Under the pieces are notes generated by a model. That model had not been told where the DNA came from and searched no databases. It saw only the letters and a list, made by a program, of their open reading frames with translations. Positions 45,081 through 55,785 of a DNA stretch of 64,000 nucleotides are shown here, piece by piece. Source of the DNA: Selaginella moellendorffii. Lineage: Eukaryota; Plantae; Lycopodiophyta. The DNA is taken from positions 62,001 to 126,000 of the forward strand of contig NW_003314413.1 of assembly GCF_000143415.4 (NCBI RefSeq), written 5' to 3'. The translations under genes and the position numbers were made by a program. Position 1 is the stretch's first letter; each line of letters opens with the position of its first letter.

Positions 45081-45236
45081 CATGTTTATAATTTATAAGT
45101 AAAAAATTAATTTTATTATAAGTATTTAGGACAGTTTATAAAATATAAATACAAAATTAATTTAACTGTTTGATGGTGGTAGAATATCCTAAAATATTCA
45201 AATATATTCTAAGTATGTCCACTCCCACCCCTTAGG
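45081..45236 (-). repeat. Inverted copy of the AT-rich dispersed repeat at 5797-6164
   Basis: The reverse complement shares AGTGGA.ATAC.TA..ATAT..TTG.ATATT...ATATTCTAC and TTATAAATTATAAACATG with the 5.8-6.2 kb copies. Confidence 0.55.
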
Positions 45237-45414
45237 CAAAAATATATGATTGACAAATGAAGGGATGCATTTACTATTTGAAGCAATTAACATATTATTG
45301 CATTAGCAGCAAGCCAGGGTTGCTGCTTTCGCTCCACAATGTCCGACTGATGCTTGGAGCCACACCGTAAACGAAGACTTAGGATGGTCTTATGCCCTCA
45401 TGGTAAAAGAAAAA

Positions 45415-45630
45415 TGTTTATATTATCGGCTGAGATGCAATACGGCATTTGTTTAAGGCTCTAGCAAGAGTCCAAGGTCCGCCCACAGTGGAACTTGAAT
45501 GGCCTCTTGGTTAGCTCCATCACTCCAATCTCCATCAGATTCTCTTGGGCGAGATCTTGATTGTTGGCGCCAGAAAAATGTCCAAGCTGCTCGTAAAGAC
45601 AAAGATCGTGGTCATCACACGCTGGACGCC
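45415..45630 (+). pseudogene. Highly degenerate HEMA relic
   Basis: GCATTTGTTTAAGG, GGAACTTGAATGGCCTCTT and GATTGTTGGCGCCAGAAAAATGTCCAAGCTGCTCGTAAAG are collinear with HEMA exon 3. Confidence 0.7.
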
Positions 45631-45836
45631 CCCAGCCTGCCAGATATTTCAATCCCTGCGACCTAAGCTTGTGAGTACTTAAACAAGGACCCAGTTGATG
45701 CAATTGATTCTAGGGAGCAAAGAACAAACGAGAAAGTCCAAGCTCTTCGCATTGTTTGTCTCATCTCATCACTTCCACCTAGCTCCAGCTTCGACCACCC
45801 GTCCAATCCAAACACGTACCTCTTATACATTTGCTC

Positions 45837-47279
45837 TCAATTGCTGTAGTAGCTATAGTCTTTAAGATCGGGCTGGAACCTTCGAAAGAGCTCGTTTCGG
45901 AACAAGTTCTTCATCGCAAGTCTCTTCATGTAGATGGGAACGAGTCGGTTTCGTCCACCTTCTGGAGCTGGGAACAAGTACGCGTGGCCGTCTCCCAAGA
46001 GTGGTTGGAACGTGAAGGAGTTGTGAATAAGCGTTCCCCATCCGAAGTTCACCTCGAAGATCGGGAAGTTGACCATACTCGTGCTCTGCACGTCGCCTCC
46101 AGAGTAGAAGTCGCAGGCAAAACCGATGTCTCTGTCGTTCTTCTGAAGCTCAATCTCCATCCAGTCTATCACCGACTTGAGGTACTCCGTCGTTGTGGCT
46201 GAGAGGTCGTCGTAGATGAGCTTTGCAGCGTAGGAGACGTGCTTGTTCTTGATGTCCCCGGCTTTCGCTGCTAATGACGAAATATGAGCCGTGTTTCCAA
46301 AGAAGCCGCGAGGAAGAGGTGGCTGCCAGCGCTGTCTGCAGCTTATCGGGTAGACATATCGAGTTGTGGTGTCGTCCGGGAGCTCTCTGGCTTCGGTCAT
46401 CACCTTCCAGGTGAATGCCGCCATTGCAACGAAGCTGGAGGCTTCGACCTTCCAAGGACCGTTTCTGACCTCCTGGATGATTGCGTCCACCTGTTGAGCT
46501 GTGAACCTGAAGGTGATAGCTTGGTATGGCGATGGAGCTCCTTCCTCAAAGATCTGATAGTTGCTGCTGAGAGAGCCTTCAACCTTGGGAACTGAAATGT
46601 AGTCCTTAATGGGAATACTCACCACTGGTGGATCTCTGGCTTTCATCAGGTGATTTGCAAACACTGGCGGAGTTGACACTGGAAGATGCGTATGAAGTTC
46701 CGACCATGATTTTACAAACTCCATCGCAGCCCAGCCATCGTGAATTGCATGGGCCATACTAAATCCCAGAGCGATCCCTCCACACTTGAAGAGGGTAGCC
46801 TGGAAATAAAATCAGCGAAGTTTCGAGTCTATTAATTTTACCTGAGTTCGTATGAGTGGAGCGGTGTTGTAGTCCGCTATGATTGTATCTTCAAATGTCA
46901 GCTTGGCTTCTATGGTGCAATCCTTGATGTCTTCCCAGTCATCGAATCTTGCCTCGGTAACTGCCTCGCGAAAAATAACTCCCTTGTCATTCAGCTCGAC
47001 TTCGAATCTGTTATTCTCGTTCTTCACCAGCCTCCCCGCGAGAGCTGGATAGTAAATCAATAACCTCGACAATGAGTCCTTCAATCCTTTGAAAAAAGCA
47101 TCCTGGTCTTGAATCAAATGATCCGAAGCTGGCTTGAAGTACCACACGGTGTTCATGTACCACTGGCCTGTAAACACCTGATCTAAATTCGAAAGGAAAC
47201 GTCGTTCCTGAATTGGTGTTGGAGATGCCGGGACGATAACAGAGGTGGACTTCAGATCGACTCCCCATAGAGCTCCCAT
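45837..47279 (-). CDS. BAHD acyltransferase (clade V-like), copy 1; 2 exons
   Basis: FLSNLDQ, YPALAGRL, catalytic HAIHDG and an NFGWG variant of DFGWG; 42-nt intron at 46800-46841. Confidence 0.92.
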
Positions 47280-47819
47280 TCTCTCTTGAATTCGCGAAAG
47301 GGTTGAACCACGCTTTATCGAAGGCTATATGATGGCTGTTGCAAGTTTAATTTTTTTTGGAGCATCGTTTTCCAGTCACATAGGTCAAAGGATCTTCGCT
47401 TGAAGAGTGGGTGTTGTCGCTTCTAGCATGCAAATTAAGATTCGCAGCCATGACAAATCAAGCTCATCTATCTTGATCAGGACAACTCTACCATGCTAAT
47501 TTAACGCGTTCTCCGTTTATCGGCACTCGCTCTTGGCCCCTTTGACCAACTGCGTCCACTAAGGAGATCAAGGCGCTTTTCCTTCCTAGCAGGCTTTCAA
47601 AAATTTGCTTATGCTATGTTTCTTAAGATTAAGCTTTATGCCTTATCTTTTTTCCATTAACTGTTTTGCCTATATGTACAATATAACAGTGCAAATAGTT
47701 GTCAACCATAGATACAAGTGACCTGCTCAAAATTCATATTATTTAATGCATTATTGATTTGAACAAGTTTAAGCACACGTAAGTGACGAGAAGTGCCTGT
47801 CACTTTTTACTTCATCAAC

Positions 47820-48750
47820 CCATTTTTAATATCAGCAGCACCTCCATCATGCTCACCTGAAATTTTTTTAAATCATGTCAATGTTGAAATTCTTGAAGTG
47901 CTGTCCAATTTGCTAAAAAGAAACTCTTGATTTGAATTGTTCAGCACAACCATCACTTCAAATGTAGTGTCTCTTGTAAATAACTCCTTGTTTTAGCAAC
48001 CAAAAGTGATAGTATTTGAGGCAATGTCGAACAAATACATTTCTTGTCATTGTCATTAGCGTTTGACAAGTAAAAATGAAAGTACTTTTTCACTTAGTCA
48101 CTTCTTGGAATACATAAGTGTACCAAAATGTTTCCTTGCTCATTCTCCCAGTGCCTAGATTGCACTTTCCATGAAGCTATAGTTTTTGGTGAAGTCAAGA
48201 ATAAAAACTATAATTTCAATTCGAAAGTTAGTAAGATATATCAAAAGCTATTGCTTGCCACTTAGTTCAAAAGTTGTGTCAAAAACTTAATAGTATTTAC
48301 TTTTAACTCATATATCAAGTTTTCTAAAATGGTTTCCACTTCTGAAAACAGTAGTTTTCTCAAAACTTTCATCTTGCCTCTTGCTTTCAATTGCTCCATT
48401 TGAACATCTTTTTAATTTTGATAAATTGTCTCTATTTGATCTTGTAGTTGCTTTCTGTTTCAAACTACTTTGGACAGAGACACCACAAATGTTATATTGT
48501 TAGTAGATACAATTTGGATTGTGCCATTCAATCAAACCTCCAGCATCACAAATGCAAATCTTCTAAAATTCTAAAAGGTTGTTTGGTGTTTTCACCTTTG
48601 CTTCACATTCTTTTCCTGGTCCATATAGCTCGCATTTGCAATTGCAACCATTATGAGGACCTCACTTGTCAAGCCTTAGTTTCTGCAAACCTTGAATGAT
48701 GTACTTCATCTTCATGTGATCAATACAACAACATATGTTGCATTCAATTA
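47820..48750 (-). mobile_element. Degenerate DNA-transposon transposase (Sola-like DDD type with Cys-rich N-terminal region)
   Basis: The minus strand reads, with stops and frameshifts, ECNICCCIDH..HNGCNCKC..WHNPNC, ILDFTKNYSF..EVQSRHW..Q, HYI*SDGCAEQFKSR and GEHDGG..IK. Confidence 0.6.
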
Positions 48751-50845
48751 TCAGCTTCATAAATTGGAACTACAAAAGAGAGAAACTATAAGTGAAGCTC
48801 AAAGTTGATTTCACTTTACAAACTAATAACACAGTAAAAGTGTAATGAACTAAACACCACTCACAATCACAAATGCAATTAAGTGGTGGGAAGTGAGTGA
48901 GTTTCAAGTGAAAGTGATGCAGAGTCCTAAAAATTAAGTGAGTCTAAGTGAAAATCAAAGGTGCCAGTAAAATCAAGTGAATATAAGTTAAAATAGAGTA
49001 TAAATTTAGAAATCTAATAGTGAGAAGCAAGAGGATATATGTGAATCAAACTGAATAGGTAAGTGATTGTAATTGCAATTTATTTCCAACCAGTGCATCA
49101 AATGTTCCTTGTAAACTCCATGGGACACTCTATGTTGACAAATGTCCTTCCTATTTGGCAACATGCAAATGTTACAAATTCAGAAATCATGTATCACTTC
49201 CTTGATCTCAAATAGTATCTCATTTAAATACTTCTTCTATCTATCTATTGTTTACAGCAAGTGAAGAAATCAAAACTCTCATAAATTTGAGTTAATCCAT
49301 GAAGTTTGCTCTTTTATTCAGGTTGAAAGTGGCTGAGGACTATCTCCTTATAGAGATTAAGATCACTCTTAGTGAGCCCTGTGTACAAAGAAAAATTAAA
49401 ATATATTAGAAATTTTACTGATGGATGAAAGCTAGATATAACATGGAAAAAGTTCTGTATGTGTAGAACCAAGCCAAGAATCTTACATTGAGTGGTGAGG
49501 GAGAATGTAAAGGTGAAGTTCTTGAATATACAAGCTATATGGTTGGCAATTCTTTGCTTTGCACAAAATGATGGTTATGACCTTGAAATTGTCACAACTA
49601 CAACACTTCTTGAGTTGTCACTCACACTTTCAATTAGTGCTGCTGCTCACTATACTGGGAGGCAATCACTTGGCAGCACAACAAGTCTTGGAGAAGTGCA
49701 AGAAAACTTTAGCCAAAACTATGAGATTCTTTGGGCTAATAGCTAAGATTCTAACTTATAAGGCCCAAATTAAAAAAAAAGTGATATGTATACCCATCTG
49801 ATCAAATACAAACTATCAACAAATCAATAAACTTATCTACCACTAAACACTTTTCTTGGTACCTGTTTCATGCTTTTACCCTAAACTTCTCTTCTCTTTT
49901 ACAATATTAAATATAATAATAACAATAGTATTTTTTATGATGTTGAACATTTCAATTTATATCTTTTTTATTTAGCTAATAATGAATTACCTTTATCGTC
50001 ATTTCTTATTTACATTAGATTGATATTTTCTTAGCCCTTAAAAAAAATATTTATCACCTTTTGATAAATATTTTATAGCTTCTACACATGTGCCACTGAA
50101 GAGCATGAGTAGTTAATTGGTTAGTGGTTTACTTTGTGTTCTTCTCATATCCTCTAATGAACCATGCCACGGTCTGGATTTTGGGGGAGCTAAGTAGTGC
50201 CACCTGATCCCGATCCGTGGGCAGTCAAAGAATTTGAGCCCCGTGAGCATGGACTGGGAAATGATTCTGCCAGAAAACTCAAAAGACTGATATGCGACCC
50301 ACATCAACTGGAAGTTGAACGGGGAGATATTGCCGACCACGAATTCCGCAGGAGGACTAACTGAAATTAAAGTCTACATGTTTATGATATAGATGTGTTC
50401 TATCGAGCAGTCCTCTTGTATACAGGCTTGACTGGCTGGTTGACTTTTGTCACTCTACTTGCCAATCTTACAAAAACATAAAGCAAAATCCTTAATCTAA
50501 ACCAGTTGCAGGCAGGGAAAACAGATTTTCACAAGCTGGTCCTGGGTTACTCTGGAAAAAAGTGGAGCAGCTTGTTTGAAAACAATAATGCTCGTCTGGA
50601 CGCTCTTGCCAGACGTGGTCGCCGGCTTGAAGAGTGACGACCTGCAGCAATTGGGACGAAACAAATGTCGCGTCACGTAAAACAAGCTTTTTTCGGTCAT
50701 GAAGGTTTACGCATCAGATATCTTTGATAGCAAGGAGTTCGTTTCATTGTTATGAAGCATTCGTGGAGTCGAATACGTTCCTTGTGATGCAAAAGCGTCA
50801 AAGAGTGGTTCGCGGGCTCGGTGCTGCTTGTATTTCAGCGTGCGC

Positions 50846-51215
50846 TTGGTGGCAGTGATGAAAGTTGCGAGCTATGGAGGGGCTCAAGTCGTGATCGTCG
50901 GTGCTGGAAAAGATGTACAAGCTGCTCGTCAAAGGCTGCACTCGGCTGAGCGACGTTGTCTTCACGAGCACAGCACTCTTCTACAAAGGTAACGCTGGGA
51001 AGATCCCCACTGCTCCTTTGGAAACCAGGTTCTTCATCGACATCTCGGTTCCTCGGCGTCAAGCTCTACAATGTAGACGACTTGAAAGAGGTGGTGGCCG
51101 CCAACCAGGACGAGAGGAGGAAAGCCATGGAGGCCCAGACCATCATCGAGGAGGAGCTGGGGAGAATTATAAAGAAGCTGGGAGCTTACACGGAGAGAAT
51201 CCGGATGAGCGAGCT
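50846..51215 (+). pseudogene. HEMA pseudogene (3' part, multiple deletions and frameshifts)
   Basis: Near-identical blocks to HEMA exon 3 ([59 protein letters not shown]), followed by HEMA 3'-flank sequence. Confidence 0.92.
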
Positions 51216-51380
51216 GACGACCCCCACCTACAGAAACGGCAGATCGAACGCACACGGCACTGATACGCGTGCCTTGGATTACTCGTAGAAAAACTTCATA
51301 TGAAATCAAAGTTGTACACGAGCACATCGTCAGTGTCCAATCCAAACACGTACCTCTTATACAATGGATGGTTGTTCCTC

Positions 51381-52836
51381 TCAATCGCTGTAGTAGCTAT
51401 AGTCTTTAAGACCGGGCTGGAACCTTCGAAAGAGCTCGTTTCGGAACAAGTTCTTCATCGCAAGTCTCTTCATGTAGATGGGAACGAGTCGGCTTCTTCC
51501 ACCTTCTGGAGCTGGGAACAAGTAGGCGTGGCCGTCTCCCAAGAGTGGCTGGAACGTGAAGGAGTTGTGAATAGGCGTTCCCCATCCAAAGTCCACCTCG
51601 AAGATCGGGAAGTTGACCATACTCGTGCTCTGCACGTCGGTTCCAGAGTAGAAGTCGCAGGCAAAACCGATGTCTCTGTCGTTCTTCTGAAGCTCAATCT
51701 CCATCCAGTCTATCACCGACTTGAGGTACTCCGCCGTTGTGCACGAGAGGTCGTCGTAGATGAGCTTTGCAGCGTAGGAGACGTGCTTGTTCTTGATGTC
51801 CCCGGCTTTAGCTGCTAACGACGAAAGATGAGCCGTGTTTCCAGCAAAGCCGCGAGGAAGAGGTGGCTGCCAGCGCTGTCTGCAGCTTATCGGGTAGACA
51901 TATCGAGTTGTGCTGTCGTCCGGGAGCTCTCTGGCTTCAGTCATCACCTTCCAGGTGAATGCTGCCATTGCAACGAAGCTGGAGGCTTCGACCTGCCAAG
52001 GACCGCTTCTGACCTCCTGGATAATTTCGTCCACCTGTTGAGCTGTGAACCTGAAGGTGATAGCTTGGTATGGCGATGGAGCTCCTTCCTCAAAGACCTC
52101 ATAGTTGCTGCTGAGAGAGCCTTCAACCTTGGGAACTGATATGTAGTCCTTAATGGGAACACTCACCACTGGTGGATCTCTGGCTTTCATCAGGTGACTT
52201 GCATACACCGGAGGAGTTGACAGTTGAAGATGCGTATGAACTTCCGACCATGACTTTACAAACTCCACCGCAGCCCAGCCATCGTGAATTGCATGGGCCA
52301 TACTAAATCCCAGAGCGATCCCTCCACACTTAAAGAGGGTAGCCTGGAAAGAAAATCAGCGAGCTATACAAGCAGAAGGTTCGAGTCTATTCATTTACCT
52401 GAATTCGTACGAGTGGAGCACTGCTGTAGTCCGCTATCACTGTATCTTCAAATGTCAGCTTGGCTTCTACTGTGCAGTCCTTGATGTCTTTCCAGTCATC
52501 GAATCTTGCCTCGGTAACTGCCTCGCGAAAAATAACTCCCTTGTCATTCAGCTCGACTTCGAATCTGTTATTCTCGTTCCTCACCAGCCTCCCCGCGAGA
52601 GCTGGATAGTAAATCAATAACCTCGACAATGAGTCCTTCAATCCTTTGAAAAAAGCATCCTGGTCTTGAATCAAATGATCCGAAGCTGGCTTGAAGTACC
52701 ACACGGTGTTCATGTACCACTGGCCTGTAAACACTTGATCTAAATTCGAAAGGAAACGTCGTTCCTGAATTGGTGTTGGAGATGCCGGGACAATAACAGA
52801 GGTGGACTTCAGATCGACTCCCCACAGAGCTCCCAT
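51381..52836 (-). CDS. BAHD acyltransferase (clade V-like), copy 2; 2 exons
   Basis: Near-identical to copy 1; HAIHDG and canonical DFGWG; 55-nt intron at 52344-52398. Confidence 0.93.
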
Positions 52837-52948
52837 TTTCTTGGCTACCTCTTGAGATTCAGCCCGAAGAAAGAAGGTTGAATGCCTTCTCTTTATCAAG
52901 CTGCATATGGTGGTTGTCCCATGTTCAGTATTCCGGTGAAGGTCCATG

Positions 52949-55483
52949 TCATGTACGAAGTACAGCACCATCAGTAATTCTCCAGCCATTATCTCCGTAA
53001 TGAAGTTCATATCTTGTAGTGTAAGAGCTTTTGTATGAATCGTTGCGTTGGGGATTGTTGCTATCATAGAGCCGAGCAGTTTCTTGAAGAGTGGCCTCCA
53101 CCATAGCTCGTCTACCGTCCTCGCTAATAGTCACACTGTCTATATTGATCTCCAGAAGCTTGTATTCCCAATACCATCCATGTTTTGCTACTTCGACAGC
53201 CCGATCAGTCCAGCTCTTCAGCATCTGGCCGTCGAGTATCTGCTCACAGACAGTACCAATGTTATTAGTACGCAAGCAAGAGCATATATCCACATGTACC
53301 TCGTTAAGTTGAGTGATGGCACGGGTCACTCCAAGCGCCTTGGCTTTTGCGGCCTGCCATTTTCGTATCAACTGCTCTGCTAGCCTTGCATCCATTCTTA
53401 AGACCTCCTTCTGTTCGGTTGTACCTACAGGTAAGAAAACAATCGAAAAAAGCTCCACCCAATCTGCACACAACATACCTTTCCTTAAAGTCACCGCAGA
53501 CGTAAGTGCTGGCACGAGAGGTGCCACTCTCCAGCTTTTGAGGACCTTCTGGAAGGGTGGATAACTGACGCTTGCGATTGCCAGCCCTCCAAACACAGCA
53601 GCAATGCAGGCGATCTGCAGAGGTAGTAAACGGTTGCTTGAATGCTTAGTAACACCTTCTCCGAGACGTGCAATAGCAGCAGCAGCCTCTTGTGGAAAGC
53701 TTCCTTTCTCAAGCTTTTCCAGGTATCCAAGCACCTCTGCATCGTCGTAGTAGTCACTTAGAGACACGTGAAAGTCTGCCGTTTCTCGAAAGTTTGTAAA
53801 AACCTCCTCGGCTAACCAGCTTTCCAACAATTTGCAAAGCCCTGGAAGCAGGTCACTGTCCCCGTTGCCATCTGTGCCTGATAACACAAAATCTGCGACT
53901 TCGGGACACCTATCTGGAGAGTTGACATCGTTCAGCCCGAGGAAAGTTTTGCAGTTCTCCACTTCCCCAAGCAAAAGAGCGGATAGAGCCCGTCCAAGCA
54001 TCACATCTCTTTGCTCGTCCGTAATAAGATGATTGTCATTTCTGTCACGCAAGCTCTGGTGCAGCTGAGTGAACAAGCTTCCACCCTCTTGAATCAGCCG
54101 AGGCTTCTTCGTCTTAAATCCTTCAGCAACATGCGCTAAAGCGGCCGAGTAGATCTCAAGCTTCTCTGCTGGTATATTCGTAGGAGTCTCTGTGAACAGC
54201 GCCACCTTGATGAATAAAGCTGTCAATTAGAAATAAATCACACTGAAGAATAAGTTTGGGTAAAAATGAAGTACCTGCTCGCATGCAGTCATGCGAGATA
54301 GTGCCTCTTTCATGAATTGCTCACGCGTGTATCCTCCCACTGGTGCCATTAGACCTCCTTCGCCAGCGGTCCAGAGAATGTTACGGACTTCTTGAAGCCC
54401 TTCCGAACGTTGCGACTTGTGTTCTTCGTCAAGAGGCAGCGCAAGGAGCTCCAAAACACAGCGAGGTGTGATCTCTTCTAGAGTCTCGTATACTTCTTCC
54501 TGTAAAGACGGTGCTAGCATATTTCCTCCAGCCTGCCAAAATCAGTATTTAGAAAGTGGAAAGATAAATAAAAAAGACTAAGCATACCTGTAGAAGCCTC
54601 AAAGCCCCGTTCAGCATGTCACAACTTCGAATGACGGCAGGAGGATTTTCAGTCATTGCCTCCCTTGATAACTCAACATAAGCCAAAGCCGTCACGAGCA
54701 CAACATCTTGCTTAAATGGCTTCTTCAAATTCTCATCGAGTAGAGCTTCACCGACTTGCAAAACCACTTCGGCCTCGCCCGCTTCTTGAAGAAGGCACAA
54801 TGCTGCTGGTATCTGCAAAATTGCGTCAGTCGAGGACGAGAACAAACACTAGATTTTTTTACTTACTTTGCTCCAAGGAACTTCCACAACCAGAGTTCCA
54901 GCCTCGTCTTCTTTCAAGCCACGGTCATACTCGTCACGAAGATCTCTGTCAGCCAGTGTATCACACGCGACTTTTAAGATTTGCTGTCGCGCTTTCAGAA
55001 GCTCCACGCTGAATCCCTCCGTGGGAGGGTTGCTTACGCGAGCTTCGTATGCTCTCATCACAGCATCGGTGGAGAAATGTGGCTCTGCTCCAAGAATCTT
55101 TATCAGACAAAAAACGTCATCACCACAAAGACTACTTTGGAAGAAAATAAAGAGTTTGTCTCACTTGGTAGTAGTCGATGGGAAGCTGCATGGATTTCTC
55201 GGCATTTCTCAGCGCCACGGAAGGCTGAGCCTGTGCTAGAGCACAAATCACCGATACTTTACTTCGCTTTTGCAAGCGCAGAGGATTGCTCGTCGCAATG
55301 CCCGCTTCTAGACTCTGGCCAGCAATCCTGGACGGCAATGCGCGCACTGGAGCCCGAGGCTTGCTCTCGGGGCGGCTTCCAAATGCAGGAGCAGCGATCG
55401 ACACCTGCGCCGCGAGGAATGTAAACCCTACCTCGGAGAATCACAAGAAATACCTGGACGCGAGCCGCCTGGCAGGGCGCCAT
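52949..55483 (-). CDS. ARC6: Chloroplast division protein ARC6
   Basis: Transit peptide; LPIDYYQILGAEPHF..RAYEARV..PP.EGFS, ALCLLQEAGE, TLEEITPRCVLELLALPL, LPGLCKLLESWL; C-terminal MDARLAE..RKWQ..K.KALG..YTTRYE. Confidence 0.95.
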
Positions 55484-55785
55484 GGAAATTCCACCCCTGT
55501 GATTTCCAATGAGCTCCACCGCTACCGCTCCAATCGATCGATCATGAGCCGCTAGCTCACACTGGTCTTCTCTCTTTCAAACACATCCGTTGGATAGCCA
55601 GTTCGACATTCCTCCGCGTAATTCCCGCCTCGCTGGCAAAATCGAAACCGTTGAACTGTGGTAAACTCGGCGGTTAACCAACGGCTGTGACGTGGAGGGT
55701 AAAGTAAAGAGCCATGTCATAGCGAAGTTGGTTGCCGCCAAGCGAAGAGCGAGAGACGTGACTGTACCCGCTAGGGTTTATCGGG

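Noticed and set aside
50150-50800. Coding-like stretch upstream of the HEMA pseudogene
   Set aside because: Short frames with no recognisable homology; needs a translated search.
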